A DNA stretch of 41,501 bases from a virus (taxonomy: Duplodnaviria; Caudoviricetes): positions 1 through 41,501 of IMG/VR virus record IMGVR_UViG_3300044878_000100. The stretch is one strand, 5' to 3'. Made by a program: the position numbers and the translations under genes. Under the pieces are notes generated by a model. It was not told the origin of the DNA. It did no database searches and worked only from the letters and a program-made list of their open reading frames with translations. Positions 13,946 through 21,995 of the stretch are shown here, in pieces; the stretch's first letter is position 1, and each line of letters starts with the position of its first letter.

Positions 13946-16714
13946 TCATTCGGGTGTTGACCACGCCCCGGGGAGTGTGCCGGCTTTGATAACAACCATT
14001 GGAGTGTTGTCATTTGACGGCTGTGACGCACCGGTTGCTGGCTCCAGGAATGATGTGGTGTCAACAGCGGGAACCGGCACGGACGAGAGCGCCCACCCCG
14101 ATTTGATGCCACCAAAGAAATTGGTGGGTGATCCGAATGGGATGCGAGAATCGTGTTGGCCGCTGACGGCTGTCATGATGGCGCTGGCACCAGTTGACGA
14201 GTGCTGCAATGTCCCCAGCACGTACTGTTCGTTTTTGCCGATATTGCAGACAAACGCAACGGTCTTCTGCCCACTGGTGGACACGTCGATGTCTGCCGAC
14301 TGTGCAACCACTTTCCCGTCGGTGCGGTAGGCCACGATACGGACCTTCGCCCCGACTGCGCCGGCGGTTGTGACGTTTATCGAGGCCTCAACGATCTTGC
14401 CTGCGCGTGCGGCGGTTATGAGCGAACCCTTGAAGCTACCATTTGCCACGTTGTTCAGCGAGAGAGCGCGTGGCCCTGACGGGCCGTAGCACATATCGGG
14501 GACCATGCCGTAGGAGCCGGGCACGTGGCGAACGGGGTCCGGCATGGGGATGGGCGCCCGGAGTTTCGGCTGCACAATCGCACCCGCGGCGATTTTAGCG
14601 AGGTTGGCGTCGGTAATGTCGAACGTGAGCATTCCGCCATAGTTGCCGCCGCCAATGACGCGGCGGGCGGGGTTTACCATCATGCGGATGCTGTAGCTGC
14701 CGGGAAGGAGGGTCGCCAGGGCCGGCACCCAGTTGGCCAGCGCATAAGGGAAGACCTTGATAGGGTCCCCGATAACTGGGGCAACCTGCCGCATGTAGGG
14801 CGCGTCGGCGAGGTTGTAGAACGCGTAGACCTTTCCGCCAGGGGCGGGGACGATGGCGGTGTGCCCCATGCCGGTACCCATGGCGGTATAAGTGACGACA
14901 GCTCCGTTGCGCTTGTAGAGCCTATTCTCACCGTCCGCCATGCGCACCGTGGCGTAGACGTTGCCGCCATCTACGCACGCCCCAGTAACGACGTGCCCGG
15001 ACCCGCCGGCAAACACCTTGACCGCAGCGTTATCCGGAAGTACGGGGAGTGCGATGGTTGCCCCGGCGGCGTTCTTCCACGTGACACCCTCATCAGGGGA
15101 GTACATGTAGCACAGATCAGTGTTTGAATCGATAGTGATTGTGTCCCGCCAGACCCACCACAGGTGAAGGGTCCCTGACGCGTCGTACACAATGCGGCTG
15201 GGGTAGGCGCTCATATCATCTGAGGCGACGTTCCAGTTGTGGCCCTGGAGGATCATTCCAACACGCGACCAGATTCGGGTTGTGGTGTTGTATTTGTTGA
15301 GCATGAGGTCGCCGTCAGATGACGTGCCGGAACGCCAGAAAAAGAACCGACCATCAACAAACCGGGGATAGGTGGTTTCAGTTTCGAAGGAATCGCCCAC
15401 CATGCCGGGCGTCTCCCACCCGCCAAAGATGTTGTTCGGAGCCATGGAGCGAATGTAGTTCAGCGGAACGCGGTGGTGGTTGCCGGAAATGTGGAGATAC
15501 CCGGCGGCGTCTACTGTAATGGCGAGTTCGTTGTGTTCATCTGCCGGGGCGGGCGCTGCGAGCGGGTTTCCGGGCAGGGTTCCAAGGTTGAACGTCTGCC
15601 AGGTGGACTCCCCGTCCTTCATGGAGGCGACGTAGGGGTTCATGTCGGATCCCCAAAACACGGCGTACACGGTGTTGCCGGGGACGCGGATGATCGCGTT
15701 CTGGCTGGTGACGGTGCCGTTAATCGGCACCGCGTCGGTCAGTGAGACGGGGAACTGGTCGAACCGGACGGTAGGGCTGTTGACTTCAGGCAATCCCGCG
15801 AACGTGGTTGCGAGCGTTGATGCCGCCAGCCCGGCGGGGAGGTTGGCTTCGGGCACGCGGGAGTCGGGCCCGAGCGGCGCGACACCGTTTGCGGCGCCCT
15901 TCTCTGCGGCGTTGAGCTTCCCGGATGCTGAGTTGTCAGCGATGGCCTTCACGGCAGTGTTTGTTGCCGTGCCGACGGTGCCAACCTTCGCCGCTGCGGC
16001 AGCGTCAAGCGCGGCCTGAGACTGGTAGATGCCCACCGCGTCGTCCGTGCTGAGCTTGCCCGCGTTGGATTCGTCCACGAGGCCAGCAACCTCAAGTGCG
16101 GTCGCGGATCCTGGCGTGGCAACGAGTGCGGCAACGCCCGTGTCCGTGACCTGCGCTGCTGCGGCGGCGTCCACGGCTGCCTGTGCGGCTGTGGCGGCGT
16201 CCTGCGCGGACTGGACCGCCGCTGCCTGCGCCGAAGCGGCGAGGGCTTCGGCCTGCTCCGTCCCAATCCCAGCAGAGGACGGGACCTTCACAACGGTTGT
16301 CAGGTCCACAACCCCGCCGGATGGCACGGCGAAGGAGTGCGTGGGGATCGCGAGCTTCTGCCCCGCAACCGTGCTGAACGAGTACGTCGCGTTCCACGTC
16401 CAACCCTCAACCGAGAGGTCGGGGTCGTCCGTGGCGATCAGACGAACGCCGCGGTAAGACGGCTCGAGCGTGCCCTGTGCCGGGGTGCACAGGTAGCCCT
16501 CATTATCGAGGACGGCGACCACGGAGGTTGTCAGGATCGTTGCCGGGTTCGGGGATGCCGTGGGATCCGGCAGGTAGGGGACGGAGGCTGTGAACGTCAC
16601 GAACCCGGCAGCGGGTGCCGCGTCCGGGTCCTGGTCATCATCGACACCATCAACGACGCCGGCGAGGAACTGACCCGCGACCCGGCCCGTAGCAATATTC
16701 GTGGGCAAAAGCAT
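13946..16714 (-). CDS. Minor tail/receptor-binding protein with BNR_4-like beta-propeller (possible polysaccharide lyase)
   Basis: DEHN..AITVD..GYLHISGNHH, TYPRF, YSPDEGVTW Asp-box; actinophage tail-anchor N terminus. Confidence 0.8.
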   Translation of the reverse strand: MLLPTNIATGRVAGQFLAGVVDGVDDDQDPDAAPAAGFVTFTASVPYLPDPTASPNPATILTTSVVAVLDNEGYLCTPAQGTLEPSYRGVRLIATDDPDLSVEGWTWNATYSFSTVAGQKLAIPTHSFAVPSGGVVDLTTVVKVPSSAGIGTEQAEALAASAQAAAVQSAQDAATAAQAAVDAAAAAQVTDTGVAALVATPGSATALEVAGLVDESNAGKLSTDDAVGIYQSQAALDAAAAAKVGTVGTATNTAVKAIADNSASGKLNAAEKGAANGVAPLGPDSRVPEANLPAGLAASTLATTFAGLPEVNSPTVRFDQFPVSLTDAVPINGTVTSQNAIIRVPGNTVYAVFWGSDMNPYVASMKDGESTWQTFNLGTLPGNPLAAPAPADEHNELAITVDAAGYLHISGNHHRVPLNYIRSMAPNNIFGGWETPGMVGDSFETETTYPRFVDGRFFFWRSGTSSDGDLMLNKYNTTTRIWSRVGMILQGHNWNVASDDMSAYPSRIVYDASGTLHLWWVWRDTITIDSNTDLCYMYSPDEGVTWKNAAGATIALPVLPDNAAVKVFAGGSGHVVTGACVDGGNVYATVRMADGENRLYKRNGAVVTYTAMGTGMGHTAIVPAPGGKVYAFYNLADAPYMRQVAPVIGDPIKVFPYALANWVPALATLLPGSYSIRMMVNPARRVIGGGNYGGMLTFDITDANLAKIAAGAIVQPKLRAPIPMPDPVRHVPGSYGMVPDMCYGPSGPRALSLNNVANGSFKGSLITAARAGKIVEASINVTTAGAVGAKVRIVAYRTDGKVVAQSADIDVSTSGQKTVAFVCNIGKNEQYVLGTLQHSSTGASAIMTAVSGQHDSRIPFGSPTNFFGGIKSGWALSSVPVPAVDTTSFLEPATGASQPSNDNTPMVVIKAGTLPGAWSTPE

Positions 16715-16723
16715 GGGAGTCTC

Positions 16724-17338
16724 CTAGTTGGTCGGGGTGAAGCGGATGTCGTCCCAAGCCATCGAGAAGCTATCGCTGGAACCGTACAAGCCCATGCGGG
16801 TTTCGCCGAGGAACGCGGACTCGGTCGCGGTCACGACGGTTGAGCCATTGACGCGGAGGATGATGTTTTGCCCGTTGAGTTCGACCTCGTAAACATCGCC
16901 GTCAACGGGGACGTAGGAGGAAGTGGCGAGAATGTACGAGGATCCAGCAACACGCTTGTAGAGTGAGATGGGTGCGCCGGCGGTCGCCTGCACCGCGAAC
17001 AGGTGGTTAAGTGCATCCTGGTAGCGGAATACGGGCCCGCCCTTGCGGGTGGAGCCGAGGGCCGCGGCAGTGACTTTGAGCTTGCCGTTAGTGGCGAGCC
17101 CGTCAAGCCATGCGAAGTTGCGGAGGTCGCCGGACCTGTTGACAGCCCGGCCGAGGGAGTCGCAACGCCACACGGGCGCAATGCCGGTCGAGTCGTACCG
17201 CCACAGCTTCCCCTCGCCCGATGTCATGCTGAGCTGTGCGGTGTCGCTGACGGGCCGGTCGAAGTTGTCGAAGAAGCCCGGCTGCTGTACCCGCGGCAGG
17301 AGGGAGTTATTGAAATAGGTGTTCAGGATGATGTCCAT
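16724..17338 (-). CDS. Minor tail protein, beta-sandwich/lectin-like
   Basis: FDNFDRP...WDDIRF; position in tail module. Confidence 0.65.
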   Translation of the reverse strand: MDIILNTYFNNSLLPRVQQPGFFDNFDRPVSDTAQLSMTSGEGKLWRYDSTGIAPVWRCDSLGRAVNRSGDLRNFAWLDGLATNGKLKVTAAALGSTRKGGPVFRYQDALNHLFAVQATAGAPISLYKRVAGSSYILATSSYVPVDGDVYEVELNGQNIILRVNGSTVVTATESAFLGETRMGLYGSSDSFSMAWDDIRFTPTN

Positions 17339-19066
17339 TTACGCTCCTACGGCGGTGACGGTGACGGGTGAGGATTCGGCGGCGCCGTTGAGTGCGGTTA
17401 CGCGGACCTGTGTTGTTCCTGCGGTGACGGTGACGGTTTCGGTGAGTGCCATGCCCCATGCGCGGGTGACGGTGGTCCATGCGCCGGCGCCGGTCTTCGT
17501 CTCAACCCGGTAGCCGGTGGCGTGTGACTGCGGCGCTGCCCAGTTGTACGCCGCCGAACTCGTGGCAAGGTCGAACGTCTCAGACTTCGCCAACGACTCG
17601 GGGGCCCCTGACCACTGGACTGTGAGCGTCGTTCCCGACTTGGAGGCGGTCACGTTAGACGGCGGCTGCGGTGCGGCGCTTTGGTTGTTGCCGAGTGCCT
17701 GCCAGTAGCCGGCGAGGTACGTTTTCCCCAGGTACTCGACGCCGACCTTGGAGAAGTGGGTTGTGTCGCCGTCGTTCGTGGCGCCGCGCAGTGACGGCGC
17801 GAAACCGGTGTATGCGACGCGGGATGGGGTGCCGGAGTGTGCCCGGTTGACGTTTTCCCGCGGCAGCCCGGACTCTTCCATGAAGACGATGGACATCTGC
17901 CCCACAACGAACGGGAGCGTTGCGCCACCCAGTGAGGTCCGAAAGTACGAAATGAGCCCGTCCAGCAGCCCCTCATAGGTTGACTGTGAGGTGCTGCCGT
18001 TCTGCTCGCCCTGGTGCCAGAGGATGCCCTTGGTAGCGACCGTGTACCCTGCTGCGCGCGCGGCCTCGATACCCTCCAAGGTTTGCGCTACGGCGAGTGC
18101 GGGAAGGTCGAGGGCCGGGTCAGTTGCGACGTTCGGGGACCATGTCAGCGTAGTGGTGGACGTCGTGAAGCCGGTTGCGCCGTGAGCCGCGGGGATGATG
18201 AGGACGCCCACGTTCGCGGGCTGCGTCTTCAGGTAGTTCTGGGCGAACGTCGTTGCCGGGGAGATGCCCGAGGCGGCGTCGTGCATGTCCAGCGGAACCG
18301 TCGCAGGTTCGAGGACGCGCCGGGTCGCACCGAACTGAAGAATCCGCGGATCCTTGACCTCGCCGCCGATAGGCAAGCCGCGCCCGGACATGTTCGACTG
18401 ACCAGCAGCCAGGAACACATGCAGAGTATCGACCGCCGATGACGTGCCGCCCGTGGAGAACGCGGGGTCGTAGATGTACGTCCGGCCTGCGGGGTCCACT
18501 TCCAGCGCGACGTACCCGTTAGCGTCCGTGACCCGGAACCCATCAGCGGCACGGAAGGTGGAGCCGGCAGCGAGAACGTCACCATTGGCTGCGACTCCGA
18601 GCGCTTCCTTCCCGTTCAGGTCCACAATCCGAAGCTCGTCTTTCGCCCCAGGCTGCGGCAGTCTAGCCTCGAGCGCGTCGAATGCGTCCTGCATGACACT
18701 GTCGCCGGGGTCGCCCTTCTCACCCTTGGTGAGCAACTTCCCGGCCTCGACGTTGGCGAACATGTCCGTCAGAAGCCCGCTGCCGGTCACGACAACCAGC
18801 CACGGGATTTCCTCGGTCGAAGTGTAGTTCCCTGCCGAGTCCAGCCATTCGATGCGCAGCCGGTACGCGGTCCTAGGGTTGGTGGATGAGTAGTAGGTGA
18901 GGCTCGTGCTGAAGGACCCGTCGGACGCCGCCGTTACCCGAACTTCCTTCGGCAGCATCAACGTGCCGTCAGACAAGGACGCCGGGTTCGTTGGTGTGAA
19001 GACCAGCGTGGCGCCGCCGATGGCCTGCGGACGGAAGTCCTTCACGTTACCTGTGACAGTGGACAA
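17339..19066 (-). CDS. Minor tail protein with SASA/SGNH carbohydrate esterase and FN3-like domain
   Basis: AGQSNMSG, GILWHQGE, DTTHF; GEKGDPGD linker. Confidence 0.85.
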   Translation of the reverse strand: MSTVTGNVKDFRPQAIGGATLVFTPTNPASLSDGTLMLPKEVRVTAASDGSFSTSLTYYSSTNPRTAYRLRIEWLDSAGNYTSTEEIPWLVVVTGSGLLTDMFANVEAGKLLTKGEKGDPGDSVMQDAFDALEARLPQPGAKDELRIVDLNGKEALGVAANGDVLAAGSTFRAADGFRVTDANGYVALEVDPAGRTYIYDPAFSTGGTSSAVDTLHVFLAAGQSNMSGRGLPIGGEVKDPRILQFGATRRVLEPATVPLDMHDAASGISPATTFAQNYLKTQPANVGVLIIPAAHGATGFTTSTTTLTWSPNVATDPALDLPALAVAQTLEGIEAARAAGYTVATKGILWHQGEQNGSTSQSTYEGLLDGLISYFRTSLGGATLPFVVGQMSIVFMEESGLPRENVNRAHSGTPSRVAYTGFAPSLRGATNDGDTTHFSKVGVEYLGKTYLAGYWQALGNNQSAAPQPPSNVTASKSGTTLTVQWSGAPESLAKSETFDLATSSAAYNWAAPQSHATGYRVETKTGAGAWTTVTRAWGMALTETVTVTAGTTQVRVTALNGAAESSPVTVTAVGA

Positions 19067-19139
19067 GGACGCCTCCTGGGCATGAGCCAGCGCTGGGCTG
19101 GGGGTTTTAATCTGTGAACCGATCCGCTAGACTCGCGGC

Positions 19140-19469
19140 ATGGGGAAAATTGGGGGGGTTCTGTTGGCGGTACTAATCGCCGCAACAGCGTCTGCATCTT
19201 CGGCCCCGGCAGCGGTTGGCCCAGTGGCTAACGTCAAGCCGGTCGCTAGCATCCAAGGCGACATGCTCAACGAGCTACGCCCGCTCATGACCACACTGAA
19301 GGCCGACGACGCTGCACTGATCAGCGAGGCTTACGGCGCCTGCATGTCGCTCGTATTCCAGAGCAAAGACGCATACCGTGAAGGCGTCATGAAGCAATAC
19401 GCGGACGTGAAGCTGGCCGTTGATCACCTCACGGTCGCCGCAGCCGCGAAGCACTACCTCTGCCGCTAA
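19140..19469 (+). CDS. Secreted DUF732-like protein, antisense moron
   Basis: Signal peptide; A..AC...AAAKHYLC pattern; leaderless promoter TTTTAA-17-TAGACT-N6-ATG. Confidence 0.7.
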   Translation: MGKIGGVLLAVLIAATASASSAPAAVGPVANVKPVASIQGDMLNELRPLMTTLKADDAALISEAYGACMSLVFQSKDAYREGVMKQYADVKLAVDHLTVAAAAKHYLCR

Positions 19470-20143
19470 ACGATGCGCTTGATTCGCTTCGTAGATGGAT
19501 CCATGTAGAGGTTCGAGGACACGCCGGACACCGTTTCGAGGCCGTCAATTTTGACGTAGCCGTCACCAACCGTGAGCTGCGAGGCGCCGGCGAAGACCGC
19601 CGCCGTCGTATCAGAGATGAAGCCAGCGTTTCCAGCGCCCTTTACTAGGGTCGGGCCAGGGCCGCCCTGAACGCCGCCTCCGCCAGAGAACACAATTGAC
19701 CCGCCCGAAACTGAGGGGTCGATTGTCAGGCCGCCGGCTTTGATCTTGCCGCCGCCGGTCACGTTCACGTCATTCTTGAGATTGGTCACGCCCTCAACGT
19801 CAAGCGTGCCGGTCGTTGTCATAGGTCCGTCTACGTCGAAGTTGCCTGTCACATCCGTTGGGCCGTCAAAGTGAGTCGGTCCAGTGAAGGTTGACTCGCC
19901 CGACTGGGTAAGCGTGCCGGTGAAGGTTATTGTCCCGTCGGCCTGGAGCGTGCCCGTGATCGTCGCCGTACCCGTGACGTTGAGCCCGCCATTCTGGATC
20001 GTGATTACGCCGCCGTCATAGACGCGCAAGCCATTCGAGCCGATGGACGCATTCTGCAAAGGAGAAGCCGTCTCCAGCACCCGAAGCCGCCGCAGAATGT
20101 CGGCCAGCTCCCCCCTCGAAAGGTCATCAAGACCAGCCATCAC
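19466..20143 (-). CDS. Minor tail protein
   Basis: Gly/Thr-rich beta repeats after short coiled coil. Confidence 0.8.
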   Translation of the reverse strand: MMAGLDDLSRGELADILRRLRVLETASPLQNASIGSNGLRVYDGGVITIQNGGLNVTGTATITGTLQADGTITFTGTLTQSGESTFTGPTHFDGPTDVTGNFDVDGPMTTTGTLDVEGVTNLKNDVNVTGGGKIKAGGLTIDPSVSGGSIVFSGGGGVQGGPGPTLVKGAGNAGFISDTTAAVFAGASQLTVGDGYVKIDGLETVSGVSSNLYMDPSTKRIKRIV

Positions 20144-21237
20144 GCACCCCCAGTTGGTTGAAATTCAAGCTTTACCTTCTGCCCCAGATCACCCGAATAG
20201 CGGATGAGGCGATGCTGCTGCCAGCCGTCCGGGATCCAAGGATCATCCTTCGAGTACAAGGACAGCGCCCCGTTCAGGCGCAGATCAGTAACCGTCGTCT
20301 GGTCGGGAGCATCGCCATTACCACCGGAAGCGAGCATGTCAAAACTCCACTGCACCGTCGGCGTCGTATGGATCCGCAAACCCTCCGAAACGAACCCGTC
20401 CAACTTCGCAACATCCTTGACATCCTTATGCGCCTCCGAAGCCTGCAACAGAGGGTAAGAAGTCGCCCACACGTTCGCTCGGATAATCGAATCAGCCTCA
20501 GTGCCCTGACCCACGGCGAACACGTTGTTAGCCAGCTTCGAGCCGTCCTCCGTGACCGTGATCCCCGAAACACCCGACTGATTAGCCGACATGTTCCAGG
20601 TGTACGTGCCGAACTGTTCGTTAGACCTCATCTGCCACTGCAAACCAGCGGGACCCCAGATAGGCCGGAAGTCCACGTCAGGCCCGTCCGGCTGATCAAT
20701 AAGATCCTGGAGCGCATCGGCAACAGGCTTCAGCAGGTAGCCCGCGTACGTCTGATCCCTGGAGCCGGTAAAGTCGCCCCAGTAGACCATCGGAAGATCC
20801 GAGGTGCCCGTCTGGACAACCTTCTTCACGACCGTTGAGACGCTGAGGTTCAAAAACTCGAGCTTCGTCTTCTCAACGCCCGTCGTGCTCTGAGACACCA
20901 GCAAACGCCGGGACAGGATCGACCAAATGTCCGAATGCTCAACCGTCAGCGTCTGCGAATCCCGGTCATAGGTGCGCTTCCAAATGATCCCCGCGTAGAC
21001 CGGCTCACCCGTGGACTGAAGCCCCGGAGCCTCAACCCACTCAATGACCAGCGTCCGCGCAACCAGCGAAGTAAGACTGCGCATATCCAGCTCGGCAAAC
21101 GTCGGATCAGCGAGCTTGAAAGTCGCCTGACCCGAAGCCCCAGAGTTCAACGCCCGCTCCCATGTGAACGACGCCGCCGGCAATCGCGCCAACTTCTCAC
21201 CAGTCGTCGTATTACAGACCCAAACATTCCAAGCCAC
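20140..21237 (-). CDS. Minor tail (baseplate hub/Tal-like) protein
   Basis: Synteny after Dit; GPDVDFRP motif. Confidence 0.8.
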   Translation of the reverse strand: MAWNVWVCNTTTGEKLARLPAASFTWERALNSGASGQATFKLADPTFAELDMRSLTSLVARTLVIEWVEAPGLQSTGEPVYAGIIWKRTYDRDSQTLTVEHSDIWSILSRRLLVSQSTTGVEKTKLEFLNLSVSTVVKKVVQTGTSDLPMVYWGDFTGSRDQTYAGYLLKPVADALQDLIDQPDGPDVDFRPIWGPAGLQWQMRSNEQFGTYTWNMSANQSGVSGITVTEDGSKLANNVFAVGQGTEADSIIRANVWATSYPLLQASEAHKDVKDVAKLDGFVSEGLRIHTTPTVQWSFDMLASGGNGDAPDQTTVTDLRLNGALSLYSKDDPWIPDGWQQHRLIRYSGDLGQKVKLEFQPTGGA

Positions 21238-21245
21238 GAGGTCTC

Positions 21246-21995
21246 CTAGATGTAAGTGTCAGTAATGGTGATGGTCGCCTCGGCTGAGCCGCCGCTAAGC
21301 ACGTTGATGTCAAAGTCCACAGCCTGACCAGCAGGCACAGCCCACACGTCGGCACTGTCAACGCCGGTCGGAACAACAGTCCCGTTCACCCTGAGCCGGC
21401 CATCCGTGAACTCGATACGATGCGGGATGCCGGTAACGAGCGCACGCGAAACCTTGTACTGCTTCCCGCCGGGCCCGTTCAGCCGGTACCCATTCGCCGC
21501 AGAACCACGAACCACCACAGTCGGCAGCGCATCATAATTCCCGCGGTGGAAAACCGAGACGGTTCCGTTCGTCCGCACGAAATCCGCGGAATTGCCGAAC
21601 TTCCGGGGGTCTGGGCACTTCAACCGAACCTGCCACTGAGCGAACGTGTCAGTAACCGGTGTGAATTTGACCCCGCTATTACGCTTCGCATCCGCCCACT
21701 GAACAGACCCATGCCCGGCCACCGTGAGGCGACCAGACATAGGGCCCGTGAGGAAGCTGCCGGCCTCGTGCAACTGGTTGTGGCCCTTAGTGCGAAGGGT
21801 CCCGTTGATCGTCACAAGCCGCGCCTGGTTGTAGATCGGCAGGTCGTACTCGCCGTCCGCATTGGGCCTATCCTGGGACTCACCCTTTATCTCAGGCGAA
21901 TCCCACCAGCCCTCGAGGTCGCCAGTGACGGCCCACTCGCCGAAGCGGTCCGACCCGGAAAGGGTGCGCCCCGCCCATGTGATTAGCTCAGGCAA
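21246..21995 (-). CDS. Distal tail (Dit-like) protein
   Basis: Directly after tape measure; GWWD, CPDPRKFG. Confidence 0.8.
   Translation of the reverse strand: MPELITWAGRTLSGSDRFGEWAVTGDLEGWWDSPEIKGESQDRPNADGEYDLPIYNQARLVTINGTLRTKGHNQLHEAGSFLTGPMSGRLTVAGHGSVQWADAKRNSGVKFTPVTDTFAQWQVRLKCPDPRKFGNSADFVRTNGTVSVFHRGNYDALPTVVVRGSAANGYRLNGPGGKQYKVSRALVTGIPHRIEFTDGRLRVNGTVVPTGVDSADVWAVPAGQAVDFDINVLSGGSAEATITITDTYI

Noticed and set aside
13946-19066. Diversity-generating retroelement or invertible tail-fibre switch
   Set aside because: No reverse transcriptase, invertase or template/variable repeat pair seen
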